The notes beneath the pieces are model-generated. The model was not told the DNA's origin and did not search any database. It worked only from the letters and a program-made list of their open reading frames with translations. From Fimbriosthenelais zetlandica (lineage: Eukaryota): DNA of 64,000 bases. Both the position numbers and the translations under genes were made by a program. Positions 40,544 to 53,156 of this stretch are shown piece by piece; the first letter of the stretch is position 1, and each line of letters starts with the position of its first letter. The stretch is taken from NCBI GenBank assembly GCA_977030845.1, contig OZ365118.1, forward strand, positions 17,484,001-17,548,000, written 5' to 3'.

Positions 40544-43500
40544 CTGTGAAGAAAATATCAACATCTCACAATGAATCAACAGATAGTCAAGTGAATGCAT
40601 ACAGACTATATGTAATATGATCTCTCTGTGAGAAAGTCACTATACAGGGTCCTCATACCAACCATTGAAGTACATCAGATGCAAAAGTTTTTCAGCTGAT
40701 GTCCTTCATTTTCAAATTGAGTGTGGTTTACATGTTCAGAAGAGCATTTTTAAGAAAGAATGTTTCAATGCTTCTTTGAGCTTCGGTTCTCTGAAGTCAG
40801 ATCAGATGTGATCCTGAGAAAAATATTGTCATAGTTAGCAAAGGGTGGTGGGAAGCTAAGCCGAGGATTAGGCCCTCAAAGTGAGGAGATGCAAGGAGGT
40901 TGTATCATTTCTTGTGCTGTCATCAGGGTAATGACTTCCACCCTGGATGTATTTGATGAGCAGGTTTCACACTCTCCATTATACAAGCTTTAAGCTAGGC
41001 CTTCATCACAGGTACCAGTAACTGTGTACACATTGAGGTTAACAAGCCAGCTTTAATCTCTATAAAGGTGGGGAGAATGAATGGTAGAAGTCAGGCAATG
41101 TGTGGATGAGTGAATAAAAGATTGTGGGCGCAGAAAGTAGGGTAATGATCAACTCGGTAAGTGGGTCGAACGCCCAAGAAAATCAGAGATGACCAAAAAC
41201 GGGATTCAGTGGCGGAATGGCTGATTGAATGAAGGGCTAATGAGAATCTCAACCGCAAGACAAATATCAACGGACCATCGGATAAGTGAAATACTTCAAC
41301 ATGATGGTGTCCAATGCCCTCCCTATAAGATAGACTATTCCATCAAGGGATCTCTGTGCTAATCTGGGGAACATGTCTGCTGGGTTTTCAGCATTTATTT
41401 TGAGCCTGTGTCAGGCATCTCTGCCCATGACCAGACATGACCAAAGCCTCTGGCAGCAATTCATGGAGAGTCTGTGTGTAGAAGGTGGGAGGGGATCCGG
41501 GCCTTCACCATGTCAGATCCCACAAAGACTGTGTGTGTGGCACGGTGAACACAGATTGGTAATCTCCATTCACTGTAAATGTTTTCACTGTAAATAGGGC
41601 GCGCGGGATGCAGTGGCCCTCTGGGGGGATCGGTAGACACTACAACACCAGGGGAGAAAAGAAGCAGTTGTAAAAAGCAGGTAAAAATGGTGTAGTGCGG
41701 TGCATTGTGGACCAGCCATGTGATAGCAATAAGGCGATTGAGTTGAGCCCGTCTCTGCTCCCACAGCCGATTGCTTCGTGCGAAAAAGGGCCCGCCTATT
41801 TTTTTAACAGGCGTTTTTATACGGGCATGCTGGGACCCTTCCATTTTGCCATTGGCACTTTGGCAGAGTGCCTCACTGAGCCTTGCTCTCTGGATGAAAT
41901 ACATGGGCTGAATGTCTGTAAAGATTTTTCAAATCGTTCTCAATGAACACTATGGAATTGGTTTTTAAAAATGCACGCATGTATGGATTGTAATTCAATC
42001 CCCCTCGCATATTTATAGAAAGCCCGGATCCATCGATCAAAATAGAAGTTTGTTAGGGCAGTCTCAGCAGGAACACTCTTGCCTTCCTGGAAACATTTTC
42101 CATTTTGTACAATTTAATTTAGCAACAGAAAGGAAAACAACGCTAGTGACGCTCTGCAAACTCACGTCCCAATTTGTCATTGAAGGAACACTGTTCACAG
42201 GAGTAGACAAAGTCAAATTGTCCCGAGAAGACTATTTTATTAGAAAGGAAATAGTGAGTACAATGGATGATGTCCTTAGATTCATAGCCTTTCAGGATCC
42301 CACTTATAGAGCACCAGAGCCAGACCAAGAGGCCATCTATCTGAGACAAGTGTCAAGCGCAAATGGTCTAACGAATGGGGATACATTCTGCCTGCTCTAA
42401 GAGGCTTGTTAGAGGCTGAACCAAGAAGGCACCACACCTGGCAGTTCCCCTGAAATTCTTCATTAAATTTACTATGGCGGTTTGTCTTATGTTGCGTTTT
42501 TTACTATGCATTTCATTCATCTTACTTGTCCATCGTCCATATATCGCTCCCATAATCTATACAGGAGGGAGCTAATAGCAAAAACATGGCGAATTGAAAG
42601 GAAAAGCCTGAAGGTTGAAAGCCAAACCACAAAGTAGCTCAAGACAGGGCAACCTGTCCACACAACTTAATACACTCCCGAATCTGCACTTTTACTTTAG
42701 CCTCGTTGACTAAAAATTGCCATTTACAAGGCCATAACATTAAAACGAACATGGATTCTCACTCAAATAATAAAACAGCCCCAAGAGGCATCAATAATTA
42801 GGATGGGGCCTATCAAAGTACAGTTGAAAGAAATGCATCCAGCAAACCCTAATGGCTGTACTGGTCGGGCATGAGGATTCATCTAACTAATAACATGTGC
42901 TTTTCTCGGTTTTATCTTCATTTTAAGAAGATGTCCTAATTCGGCCGCGTCTTAATCACCCTTTCTCGGGTAACTTTATTACCGAATCAAAATGATGAGG
43001 GAAGAAATGAATGTTCATTTCAGTGGGATTAATTATCCCTCCCAGCTTCTTGTGCACAGGTTCATTATTGGCGTGCCCACTTGAACCACTCGTATTGGTT
43101 ATCTGTGAATTCACAACGATCATTTGATTCCCACTGATTCCCAGGCATATTCCGGAGCACCGTGGATTAAAACTATAGTGTACCCTCGAAATATGCCTGG
43201 AGAAGTTAATTGCCCTAACATGAAGCAGAACTTGGTCAAAGTCTAAGATTCAGTATTCAAGTTTAATCCAACGACCAAAACTATCCCAGCTTTGTAACCA
43301 CATAGAAGAGCTTACATCATTACTCCCAGTAAGATTTATATTCCGCCCATCCTGAACATTTATCATCTAATATGTTTGGGTCTTTTTCACAAACACAAGT
43401 TCTATTTGCTTTGCTCAGTGGCCGCCATGTCTAAGGGAAATGGCTATAAGGGAGCATGGCCTGGCCTCTACCAGGCTTCTTTACCAACCCCTGATGATTT

Positions 43501-43654
43501 TCTTTCACCAACTTGCGCCTGCTTGCCGCGCCACTCTGATAGTGGCCCGTGATTAATGTGTATGTCTGCACTTCTGCCAGGGCCTGATGAGACTTCAGGG
43601 CCACCGTACCTGACCTTTCTACCCATTACCCTTCCAAGACACCGCCTCGCTGCC

Positions 43655-43834
43655 AGCCAATCAGAACCCTTGACACACACAGCCTCACTGACCAATCAGT
43701 GTCAGCGATACACCGAGTTATGGCATTGGCACATGCAGGAGCAATACTTCCCAATTTGAAATGGACCTAGTTTTATTGACGCTCACTAGGCATCAAGCTC
43801 AGGTCATGTGATTTCGCCTCATAATATCACGTGA
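43655..43834 (+). promoter_or_regulatory. Promoter/enhancer-like cluster: two CCAATCAG boxes 35 bp apart plus TCATGTGA and TCACGTGA E-boxes
   Basis: CCAAT at 43657 and 43692; E-boxes at 43804 and 43827. Confidence 0.4.
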
Positions 43835-45540
43835 TTTCCATTACCAGAGTCTTTGAGCTTTGCCAAATAGGGCAAATCTCATCAAGTGTATTTTCCGTTC
43901 CCTGACTGAAAGATCTTGACATAGTTTATACTGTCTCTCTTTCATATACGTGTATGTTCACGGGGGATTAAGAAATGAGCAGGAACATGATGAATTCAGC
44001 TTTGATCACATGTGGGCAATGCAAATAAAATCAATCATATCTTGACCAGGGCCTTGCAATAACCCAGCAAACAAGCTGTGCGACAAGAGCAAATTTGCCC
44101 TTTTAGGGACTCCCTCAAGTGATTTCATTGCGCTCGTAGTCATAGACTCAGACCTCAGCCTCCTGACAATTTAGAAGAAGACCTGGGGCCCCATATGTTG
44201 GTTGTCCTTTGAGAAGCTGGGAAGCACACATACAGAGCAATATACAGGTTGTTCTATGGGCCTCCAAGACAATATATATGCTCCACTACAAGATCTCGGA
44301 AGCAATTCATCTATGTTGACCTTGAAAATGAGCGCCAAATGCTGGCCTGGAAGCTTCAGTCTAACCTCATCTATCTACTCCTTATTTGTGTCCATCAAGC
44401 CCACCTGAGGCTAGAGAAAGAAAAGCTTTGTTTCTAGACCCTTTCCATTTGAGCGTTCCATCAAGCAGGAGCAAAGAGGGGACTAGCAAGTACAGGGCTG
44501 GCTAGATTGGGGAAGTTTAAACAGACTGCCTTCTGTGTCTAAAATGCCGTCTAAATATATATGCAATTTTAGTGTTATTTCTAATGGTTTTCAACAAACT
44601 TCATTTGAACTTTTAAACCTTCTGCTGATACATGGTTCCCACAGATTCTTGAATAGCTCCTTAAAATTATACAAAATACATGTAATGTCTTTTAAGGAAT
44701 CAAGAATAATGAAGGGTCTTAACAATTGATTTACAGTTGATTTTAAGGACTCATTGGACCCTCAAGATGCACTCATTTGGCTGGCCTGAGGTCGCCCCAT
44801 CTCTAGGTGAACTTCACCTACAAAATCCCCCCAACCTGACCCCTAACCTGACCTCCTCTATCAGCAGGAGCTGGTCCTTAGAGCAGCTCACATTTCACTG
44901 TCATCTTCCTTGATGAGAGGAGAAATGGGGGCAGGATAATGAGGTCCATTATAATGCTCCTAGCAATGCAATGCATTGGTAGTGGGGGACATTCGGAAAC
45001 CCAACGAGGGCCATAACTGACGTTCATTCCATCAATTATATCCAATATGATGATAGCCAGCATAGCAGCAATATGGATGACATGTCCTAGTGCAGCTTAC
45101 AACATGCTTGGGTTCAGGTTCGACCCTGATTTAATAATACTTGTTATGTATTTTGCTCAGTTGATTTTGCGAGGTCAGATACTAATGGAATCTCAGGAGG
45201 ACTTAATGTACTGTCGGCTTAATCTCTGAGTTAAAAATTGTATGTACATGGCACATTCTTTGCATTAAAACTGATTAACAATGCATGATTCATCCCTCCA
45301 TAGTTGAGGCTATTAGGTGGGTATGTCTAAGCCACGGAATACTGTGAGCCTTCATTGAGAGATTCACATAACTAGAGGCTGTGTTTGAGTAGGTGACAGT
45401 GAAGGAGTGGCTTGAATGTTTCAATGTTTGAGAGTGCTCTATGGGTACAAGGTAAAGAGCAGCTCTCACCGCTTCTGTCATGACGAGCACACCTCTTTAA
45501 CTCTGCCTGATCTGGCGTCATTATTGAGCCGACGACACAA

Positions 45541-45550
45541 GTGACGTCAC
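45541..45550. promoter_or_regulatory. Perfect CRE/ATF palindrome GTGACGTCAC
   Basis: Exact consensus; motif match only. Confidence 0.4.
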
Positions 45551-45570
45551 CACCAGTGTGTGTGCTTCAC

Positions 45571-45667
45571 CGACCCTTGAGATGGGTGGCCATGGTGACG
45601 GTGAAGCTTTTCAGCTCGCGTTTTGTCATGGTGAAGGACGTGCACAATTTGGACCAGGCTTCTCAGG
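45571..45667 (-). CDS. Candidate 97-nt exon (xLRSLVQIVHVLHHDKTRAEKLHRHHGHPSQGS, phase 2-0)
   Basis: Acceptor gttcgtctgtccgtaaacag, donor TCG|gtgaag. Only this frame is open end to end and it matches the phase-2 end of exon 49972-50051, but another frame looks more codon-biased (see findings). Confidence 0.4.
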
Positions 45668-48600
45668 CTGTTTACGGACAGACGAACATTTTAGCGATCA
45701 ATCAGGTTTGCCGCCATTTTCCCTGCCATCAGGGTCTATCAGAGTGAGACAAACAAACCTCTAATAAAGATCTGTCAGGTTGTGAGGTCCATTCACTGCC
45801 TCCTATCACTGAACACATGATATAATTGGCAGCGAGGCAGAGCCAGGCTGGGGCGGCTGGGCGGAGATGGGTCGCTAAGTAAATAATTGTCATCTGGGCC
45901 TGACAAAATAGGAGACGCCTTGTGATGTCCAGTGCTGCTCAGACTGGGTAAGGGCGCTGTTTGAACTGGCAAATGGCTGCTGGCCTCCCTCAGCCATTTA
46001 CAGGTGAGATGAACGGGTGGGAAACATGTCACATCAATGACAAGCGGAAGCATGTCAAAACGTCTGAGTAAATGCTCAGCCCCGGGGGACAGAGATTGTC
46101 TGTGACTTCACAAAACCTCCTACAGACACAGCTCCAACTGGATCAATAAAAAACCTCTTTTTATAAGCGTTTTGCTTCTATTCGCGGGGCGAACAATCCC
46201 CGCGGCCAGCCTGATGAGCCTCTATTTAGGTGAGGAGAATTCTCCCCGCAGACAGGGCAGAAATGACACTCACGGCCAATACTGATGAAAATGTAATTAA
46301 CGAAGGAATCATGGCAGTGAAAAAAACATGGGTCCTGCTTGTCTGGATTAAAAAGGATTAATGCTGATCATCATGGAGTGGGTTTTTTTTAATGGAGATA
46401 AACTGTGGCACGGCAGATCAGTTTGGCACACCATTGATGTTTAGATTTACTATTTGAAAAGCACATCAAATGTGTCATGAAATTAGGTAATGGATTGGTC
46501 ATTTTTTGGATTGTTTCCGCTCTCCATCATTGGCCGACGGTTTCTTGGTTGGGAGGATGTGAAGAGCAATAAAATGATCCCGTCCAGGTCGCCACCTCGA
46601 TCTGGCCAGTTTTATCTTGAAACTAAATCGGCGTTATGGCGCTGACAATGACAAATAATTCATTGTTTAGAGTTTCACGTCCTCGCCTTGAGAGCAGGGA
46701 AAAATTAGGGATGAAAAGTGGGATATGTCAAATGGGCTGGAGGGGGTTTTGTTTGCCAGCAAGGCAGCCCTTACATCATTGTCTTTGTGGCCTTCCACTA
46801 GAAGCAACGGAAAATTATGGCAAGGCTGATTTTACTTTGACTATAATACTTTTTCCACTTAGGTTGTCATTTTCTTGAGACACTAAATGCATTTTTAGAC
46901 ACTAGTATTGAGGCAAGAGAGGCACTTGCTGTCTGCCACTCTCTGCTATAGGCCTACATATGCAGTATGGGTGTAAGACAAAGCCATGTGCATGCAGGTA
47001 GTATACACAGCAATTTGTCTGTCAATATGTTCACGTATGGCTGATAACCATTATGTCAACACCTGGTCAAGACCAATTTGTCAACCAGGCAATAGCTTCT
47101 GTCTGCCAGCTTGGCCGGCCATGCAATCTTATAAGATAGCCTACGTGCTTTGGGTGGTGTAAGAAGTCTAGAAAAATGGGGGACCGGGGCAGGTTTTACT
47201 GACCAAACTAAGGCTTACACTCTTACAAACGATGGGAAAGTCAGAATCTGGAACGGTACATGATTGAAAGCACCCTTGCTTTAAGTTACAAGAAGCACAA
47301 GCCTGAGGAGATCAGGAAAGGGAGTAAGTGTGCTACAAACCCATTTAATATTCTTACGCGGATTTGTTGCAAAATTCTGGGTATCATATATTGCGTTTGG
47401 ATGCACTCTAAAGTCAAGAAGCGGTGCGTTGGCTGCAGGAAGGTACTAAAGGACTTTGGGCCGTGAGTTTTAAGAGTGTGTGAGCCAAGCATGGGGTGGA
47501 TTTCTCAGGGAGATGGAGAGTATGAAAGATCATATCATGGCAAGGAGATCAAAGACATAAATCATCTCAGCAAACAGCCATGTAGACTGATGCGAACCCC
47601 AACTACATCCCGGGCGGTATGTAAACAGCCTGTCCTCCATTCCCTACAACTACGGCGCAGCAATATTTTTGCATTAGAGATATTTTCAAGTTCGCTTCAC
47701 ACTTAAATTCGCTAAATGTTAAATTTACAAGCCAAAATACCAGAATAATCTCTTAAAGGGTTGACTCAGATCTTTTGGGAAGAATGCCAAAGCGATTTCC
47801 TCAAATTCCACACATTTTGCCGAATGCTTCGGTGGTTTTCGAGGCCTCGAAAATTCCTTTCCTCGGAAAGAAACCGCCAAATGTTTTTCATTGGGAATCC
47901 ATGGAGGCAGAAGTGGATTCTGCGATGTGAGTGGAAGGATCAATGTTAAGGAGCGGGATCTAGGACAGTGAGATGGTGCAAGAAACAACATGTATAACCA
48001 CACACACTGATTGTTTGCAAAAGTGAAGTGGCTTCAATGATGCTGAGCCTGGGGTGTTTCATATACGCTTATAGATGGGCTTTAACTACAAGATGAGGGT
48101 AGAAGGCATTAGTGTATAATGTCTTAATGTGGAATGCTTGTCCCATGTTTTCAGTAGAGGACATGCAGGCAGTGTATGTGTGGGGTGTATTAGCCAGTAT
48201 TTGACTACAGTTATATGGTCATCACCATGCCCTCTGCTGGCTTCTTAATGAACCAGCCATGTTGTCAGGGTTACAGCCACTCGCAGCTCGCCCATCACGT
48301 TACCACACTGCCACCATGTGGCCATTTGTTGAACCCAGCACACCCAGGTCTGATGAATGGACCTGTGGGTAGAGAGGGTGTCCATGGGTTACCTTATCCA
48401 GACAGAGGGAGAAATGAAAGTCTAGCCCCAACAGACCACCTCCCACCAACACTGCTATTGTACTGCTTGGAAATAACCATAAGTTTTCGGAATGGATGAA
48501 TATGAATTAACTCTGTTATCTGCTATGGCTATCTTTATGCGGGAATTGATAGATATAATATTAAGCCATATTCATACGCTTCTATAGCATTCCACAGGAC

Positions 48601-48783
48601 TGTTTGGGCAGGGGTTGTCAACCAATTTCACGACCGCATTTCTTGGCCAAATGCAATGTAGATGCAGCAATGTTGTTCATCATATGACATACTAAGCATG
48701 ATTTGGATGCCAGTACATGTAAAGATCATCTATCTAGACTATATCAAAGCACCACAGGGCTGGAAACCTCTGAGCTTCTCTAC

Positions 48784-48925
48784 AATATGGCGTCTGTAGC
48801 CAGGAGGGATTGGTGGGAAGGCCTGGGAGAGCCAATGGGAATGTGGGCCTGGGGCGGGGCAGCAGATTGGAGGAGGCGAGGCGTGAAATCACACTGCGCA
48901 TGCTCCGTGATGACCATCCACCAAT
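48784..48925. promoter_or_regulatory. Promoter-like cluster: 4 CCAAT/ATTGG boxes, GC box GGGGCGGGGC, NRF1-like TGCGCATGCT, YY1-like AATATGGCG
   Basis: Boxes at ~48809, 48832, 48866 and 48920; GC box 48851-48860; NRF1-like 48895-48904; a second NRF1-like ACGCATGCGCA at 49514-49524. Confidence 0.5.
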
Positions 48926-48959
48926 GAGAAGGTTTACACATCTCCCGCTATACCCCACA

Positions 48960-48998
48960 GGGGGTGCTGGGGGTGGGGTAGGGGAGGGGCGGGGGTGG
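48960..48998 (+). other. Putative G-quadruplex (six G4-G5 runs)
   Basis: GGGGGTGCTGGGGGTGGGGTAGGGGAGGGGCGGGGG; similar G-run clusters at 9371-9410 and 17128-17155. Confidence 0.6.
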
Positions 48999-49971
48999 AG
49001 TAAGGTGCTAGTGTAAAATAGAGAAGACAGGCTGGAGGGGATGGGGGGCGGTCTATTGATGGTGGGCGCATAAGGTGCTAAACGAAGCACATCCGTGTAA
49101 ACCTTATTGGGCCAAATCTTCCCTCTTCAGATGGATGGGTCCGGGAAAGTCCCTTATATCAGAGTAGGCGGAATTACATGTTCTGGGGTATAGGGAAGGG
49201 AAATATGATTGGAGTACATCTGTTTGCGAAGCGAGTAGAAAAAAATACCACAGATCCAAATTCAGTGAAGATAATATCAATTTTGCTAAAGATTCTGATG
49301 TAAAAAATACACTGACTAAAAGGTGGATTGGATGATAAAAGGATAGTCCAATAATACCAATTAAATCACTATCCTTCCCCTTTACACCCTTAGCCAGGAC
49401 CTTCAATTCCTCTCTCTTCTCTCAGTATCTCCCTCTCTTCTCCATACTTCAAAAGACACACACGGAGCCCCTTCTCTGGAACAAAGAATCTCGATCTCGT
49501 GACTCAATTTCTCACGCATGCGCACGCACATAACCCGAGCCCGGGCTTTCTTCCCCGCATCCCACCAAAAAGACAATATGGCATGCGTCTCAGCAGTGGC
49601 ATGATATTAGTTTGAGCTGGCCTGGAACATGCCAAGATTAACCTTGAAATATCCTAGCATTCCAGGGCTACAGACAGTTATGTACGGTACATGTATGGTT
49701 GTAGAGGTTATGACAGTGAGAAAAAGGTTACTTCATATACAGCTGTCCAATACACTTTTATCTATATGCGAAGAAATGTCCTTCGAATATTAACTGGGAT
49801 TGTTAGGAAAATCTTTTATCTGAACAGCCTATAAAGACAGCCTACGTCAACATTCAATGTCATCTGCGCAATTTTAGTAGGCCTACATGTGTCTAGGCAA
49901 TAATTGAACAAAATATTGAACAAAATATTGAAATAGACCAATGAAAAATGTGAAATTTTAGTGGTATTCAC

Positions 49972-50051
49972 CTGATGGTTAGGAAGGCTGGGCTAGCGTG
50001 GAAGCCCTGGTCTTCATCGAAGTTGTGTTGGTCAACATGCCAATGATCGAT
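49972..50051 (-). CDS. Candidate 80-nt exon (IDHWHVDQHNFDEDQGFHASPAFLTIx, phase 0-2)
   Basis: Acceptor ctcttttcgttacag, donor CAG|gtgaat, a single open frame with C-rich third positions, embedded in AT-rich intron-like DNA. Confidence 0.65.
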
Positions 50052-51496
50052 CTGTAACGAAAAGAGTCAAGCTGAGCAAGAATGGTACATGATATCAAGA
50101 CAATAACAGGTCAATAACACGGATTTGTAAAAACCCACTCAATTTAATATAGATCACTGAGTAATAATTGATATTTAATAATCTCTCTGGCCATAAGACA
50201 AGGGTCGCAGATGTCCTGAATCCTCCAGGCGAGATAGGAGGATGAATATGCATTTACCGACAAAATCACAACTTTTAAATTCCAAATTTAATTAAATTTA
50301 GAATCATTAATTCATGGTTCGACACAAAGACTCGCATCTGTGCAAATCTCCGAATAATCATGTTATTCCACGGGACTCTAAGAGTCAGATTGATCAACAT
50401 TTCAATAATTAAATTTGAAATTTGGAGAATAGTCAATTTAATCATTAATTTGAATATTCAAGGCGATTTCACACCTTCAGAGGGAAAGTATGAATAATAA
50501 TCAATTTAGTTATTCGTGACTGGTGTCGAATGAATGCAGCATTAGACACATACCATAACTTTAACACCTCTGTCTAATGATTTTGACATAATTAACAATC
50601 AGCTTCAGGCTATACGCAGAGCCTTTAGAAGCATGTTTGGCGCATTAACCTATATATTCTTACATATGGCTTATTTCAGTATTAGATATTTTTCAAAATA
50701 TGTCCACCAAATATGCCCCATTTTCTCAGTTTTCTACAGTATATGTTTGGCCCCTGTATAGGGTATTGTATGTGGTGACTTACTTTTGTGGTGAATGAGC
50801 TGTATTTTGCCTCATGCTATAATTCATCATGGGATGATAATGTATAACGGTGACACTTCAATTCTACTTTGCTTAAATGAAGCTTGATGTATGGGGGTCA
50901 AAATATTAGGTCTGAACCTAGTATAAATCCAGTATGGTTTATTATTTTGCGTTCATATATAGTCATCTTTTGTGTACTACATAATATGCCTTTTGTGTTC
51001 TCCTGTAACAAACTAGATTTTTCCGTATTACTTTTCCTATTATATTTCAATATAGTATAAAACCAAAGCAACCAAGTGTATAATATTTGCAAGACTCTGT
51101 ATATGCAATAAATCTATCGCTAGACATCGTACTGGGATGGGAATATAAAAAGGATAATGAATCTTCACCTTAACACAAGCTTATGATAGTTCTTCAGTTT
51201 TTTATGGTATGGAATATAATTCTTTTTAATAAATCTCAAAAGAAGAAGATACTAAAGTGACAGCTTCTTAAATTGAAAATCTTGGTGAAAATTACGCCAT
51301 TTCAGATATAGAGATCAATCCAGAAGCTTCATATAAAATCAACGTTGATGCCCTGTAGGAGTTAATACCTTTAGAAGTATTTACCATATGTCGTATTATT
51401 AGTGATAAAAGCCATATTGCTAGGCTCATTATTTCTCTCTGATCTACATTCCCCACACTAACAGCTTTCTTTTTTTCTCTATTTTTTCTTCACCAG

Positions 51497-51790
51497 GTCG
51501 CGGGGGAAGTAATGAGATCTGGAGCACGTGACCTCCGGCTCTTGCCATTTTGACCCAGAGTCAAACAGATGCTAATAATACAGCGCCTCTAGCGGGGACT
51601 GCCCCCGAACCAGATAACGTGCTTACAGCGGCCAGAGTCCCCACTACTGGTCCGTGCTGGGTGCAATCTTCCTATAACTGACCAGGGACACCTACTTCAA
51701 CAAGTTCTCCTACTGCAACAACTACTGCAGCATTCTGCTTGACAACTAAAGGAATAAAGGATACACCTTAAGTTCTACTACAAGACCTAA
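51497..51790 (+). other. Probable non-coding 5'UTR exon of the kek-like gene (3' end uncertain)
   Basis: Strong acceptor tttttcttcaccag at 51496, CpG-richer body, only short uORFs; the donor at 51791 (TAA|gtaggc) is tentative. Confidence 0.4.
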
Positions 51791-52414
51791 GTAGGCATGA
51801 AAAGGAATAACTACTACAACGCATGATTCTACTGCTTCGACAAAAGTTCAAGCATCAGGGATAATTAATAGACCTTTAAACTGGAATTGAGGAGGAAATT
51901 AGGCCTTTGAAATACCTACTTTAATACGTGGACGTTTTGAATTGGCATCGACTTTACTATGCGGCCATCTGACCTAGACAATTGCCCCCAACTGCCACCA
52001 TTAGGAGCTAAATGTAAACCTTTGATTTGGCATTAACCACCATGTGCATTCCACTCAAAAACGTCTGACATGATGGAAATTGAAATTCAATATTGAATTC
52101 TATTAAAATGAGGCAAACAGTGAGATAAGAGGGCGAGGCAGGGATCAGAGAGCGTTTCAGAATCCAATTAAACATTGCCTTGATTGAGATGAGAGGAATA
52201 GGCAGAGATAAAGAGAGATGTTTGAGTATTTTCGCCGCGGGGCAGCCACATGATGTGACATGGTTTCACTGTAACAACATGTCTCTCCATCCTCCACCGC
52301 CACCTCATACTCCCTCATGATGAGTCACATGACCCAAATAGTTCACACAGCACACCTGGCGGACATAGAGAATTAAAGAGAGACAATGAGGACATAGATA
52401 CGATACACTCCTAC

Positions 52415-52425
52415 CATCAGTTCAC
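52415..52425 (-). CDS. Candidate 11-nt microexon (xELM, phase 1-0)
   Basis: Preceded on the minus strand by a ~70-nt CT-rich tract ending ctttccacag; donor ATG|gtagga; bridges exon 60317-60389 to exon 49972-50051. Confidence 0.4.
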
Positions 52426-53156
52426 CTGTGGAAAGAGAAAGAGAGACAGAGAAAGAGAAGGAGTCACAGACAGAGAGAAGAGACAAAGCAGGAAAGAACG
52501 ACCGCTCAATCTCTGAGATCATAAAATCCAGCAGGAAATTAATACTATCCATTATCCAATGAATCTCTCCCATCTCATCCTAACCTGAGGACATAAAGGA
52601 ACCCAAACTTATTATGGTGTGACTATTATTAAAGGTGAGAATATTATGACAAAACAAGGGATAAGTGATATTAGCCGGTGATTGGGCTACAGACAGGTAT
52701 GGACTACACGTGTTTAGATGCACGTATATAACATGGTGGAAGCAGCAGCTGGTGTGAGGGACTGAACAAGACGTGTGTTACATACATTGTGTGTAGAGTG
52801 TCTGGTATGTGTGAGTGGAAGATGTTGATTACTCACTCACACTTACACACAGTCAGTGTGATTCATTCAGTGAAAAACTATAACACACTCTAATTGCTCC
52901 AAGGATTACCAAAGTTTCAATTATTTCCTCAAAGCATACACTTCGGAGTTTGTGTATCCTGTTACACTTTACAAGGATAACTGCAATATACAAGGATTAC
53001 TGGAGATCAAAATGGAATAAAAGATCATCTAGTCAACTTAAGGATTGTTAATTGCAAGGATGTCTCAATTAGTGTGGACGCACTATTTAACGACAAAGGC
53101 TCTTGTAAGTCTTTTAAGAAGACTTAAAATGTGTACGTGACTTCAGATCAAAAACC

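Noticed and set aside
42050-42400. 116-aa plus-strand ORF
   Set aside because: TTG start, no domain recognised, no supporting neighbouring exons.
45571-45667. Selenocysteine reading of the TGA just inside the acceptor
   Set aside because: It needs phase 1, but the upstream exon ends in phase 2; no redox motif and no SECIS seen.
46205-46245. Hammerhead ribozyme core (CTGATGA plus stem II)
   Set aside because: The required GAAA after stem II is absent (reads GAGG); other CTGATGA sites also fail.
49972-50051. Tyrosinase CuA-like (FH..PAFL) or PhyH-like (WHVDQ) identity for this exon
   Set aside because: It lacks the WHR histidine and the flanking motifs; similarity is too short to name a family.
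50284-50530. 16-bp palindrome AAATTTAATTAAATTT and scattered inverted 8-mers
   Set aside because: AT-only palindromes are expected by chance in this composition; no TSD or clear termini.
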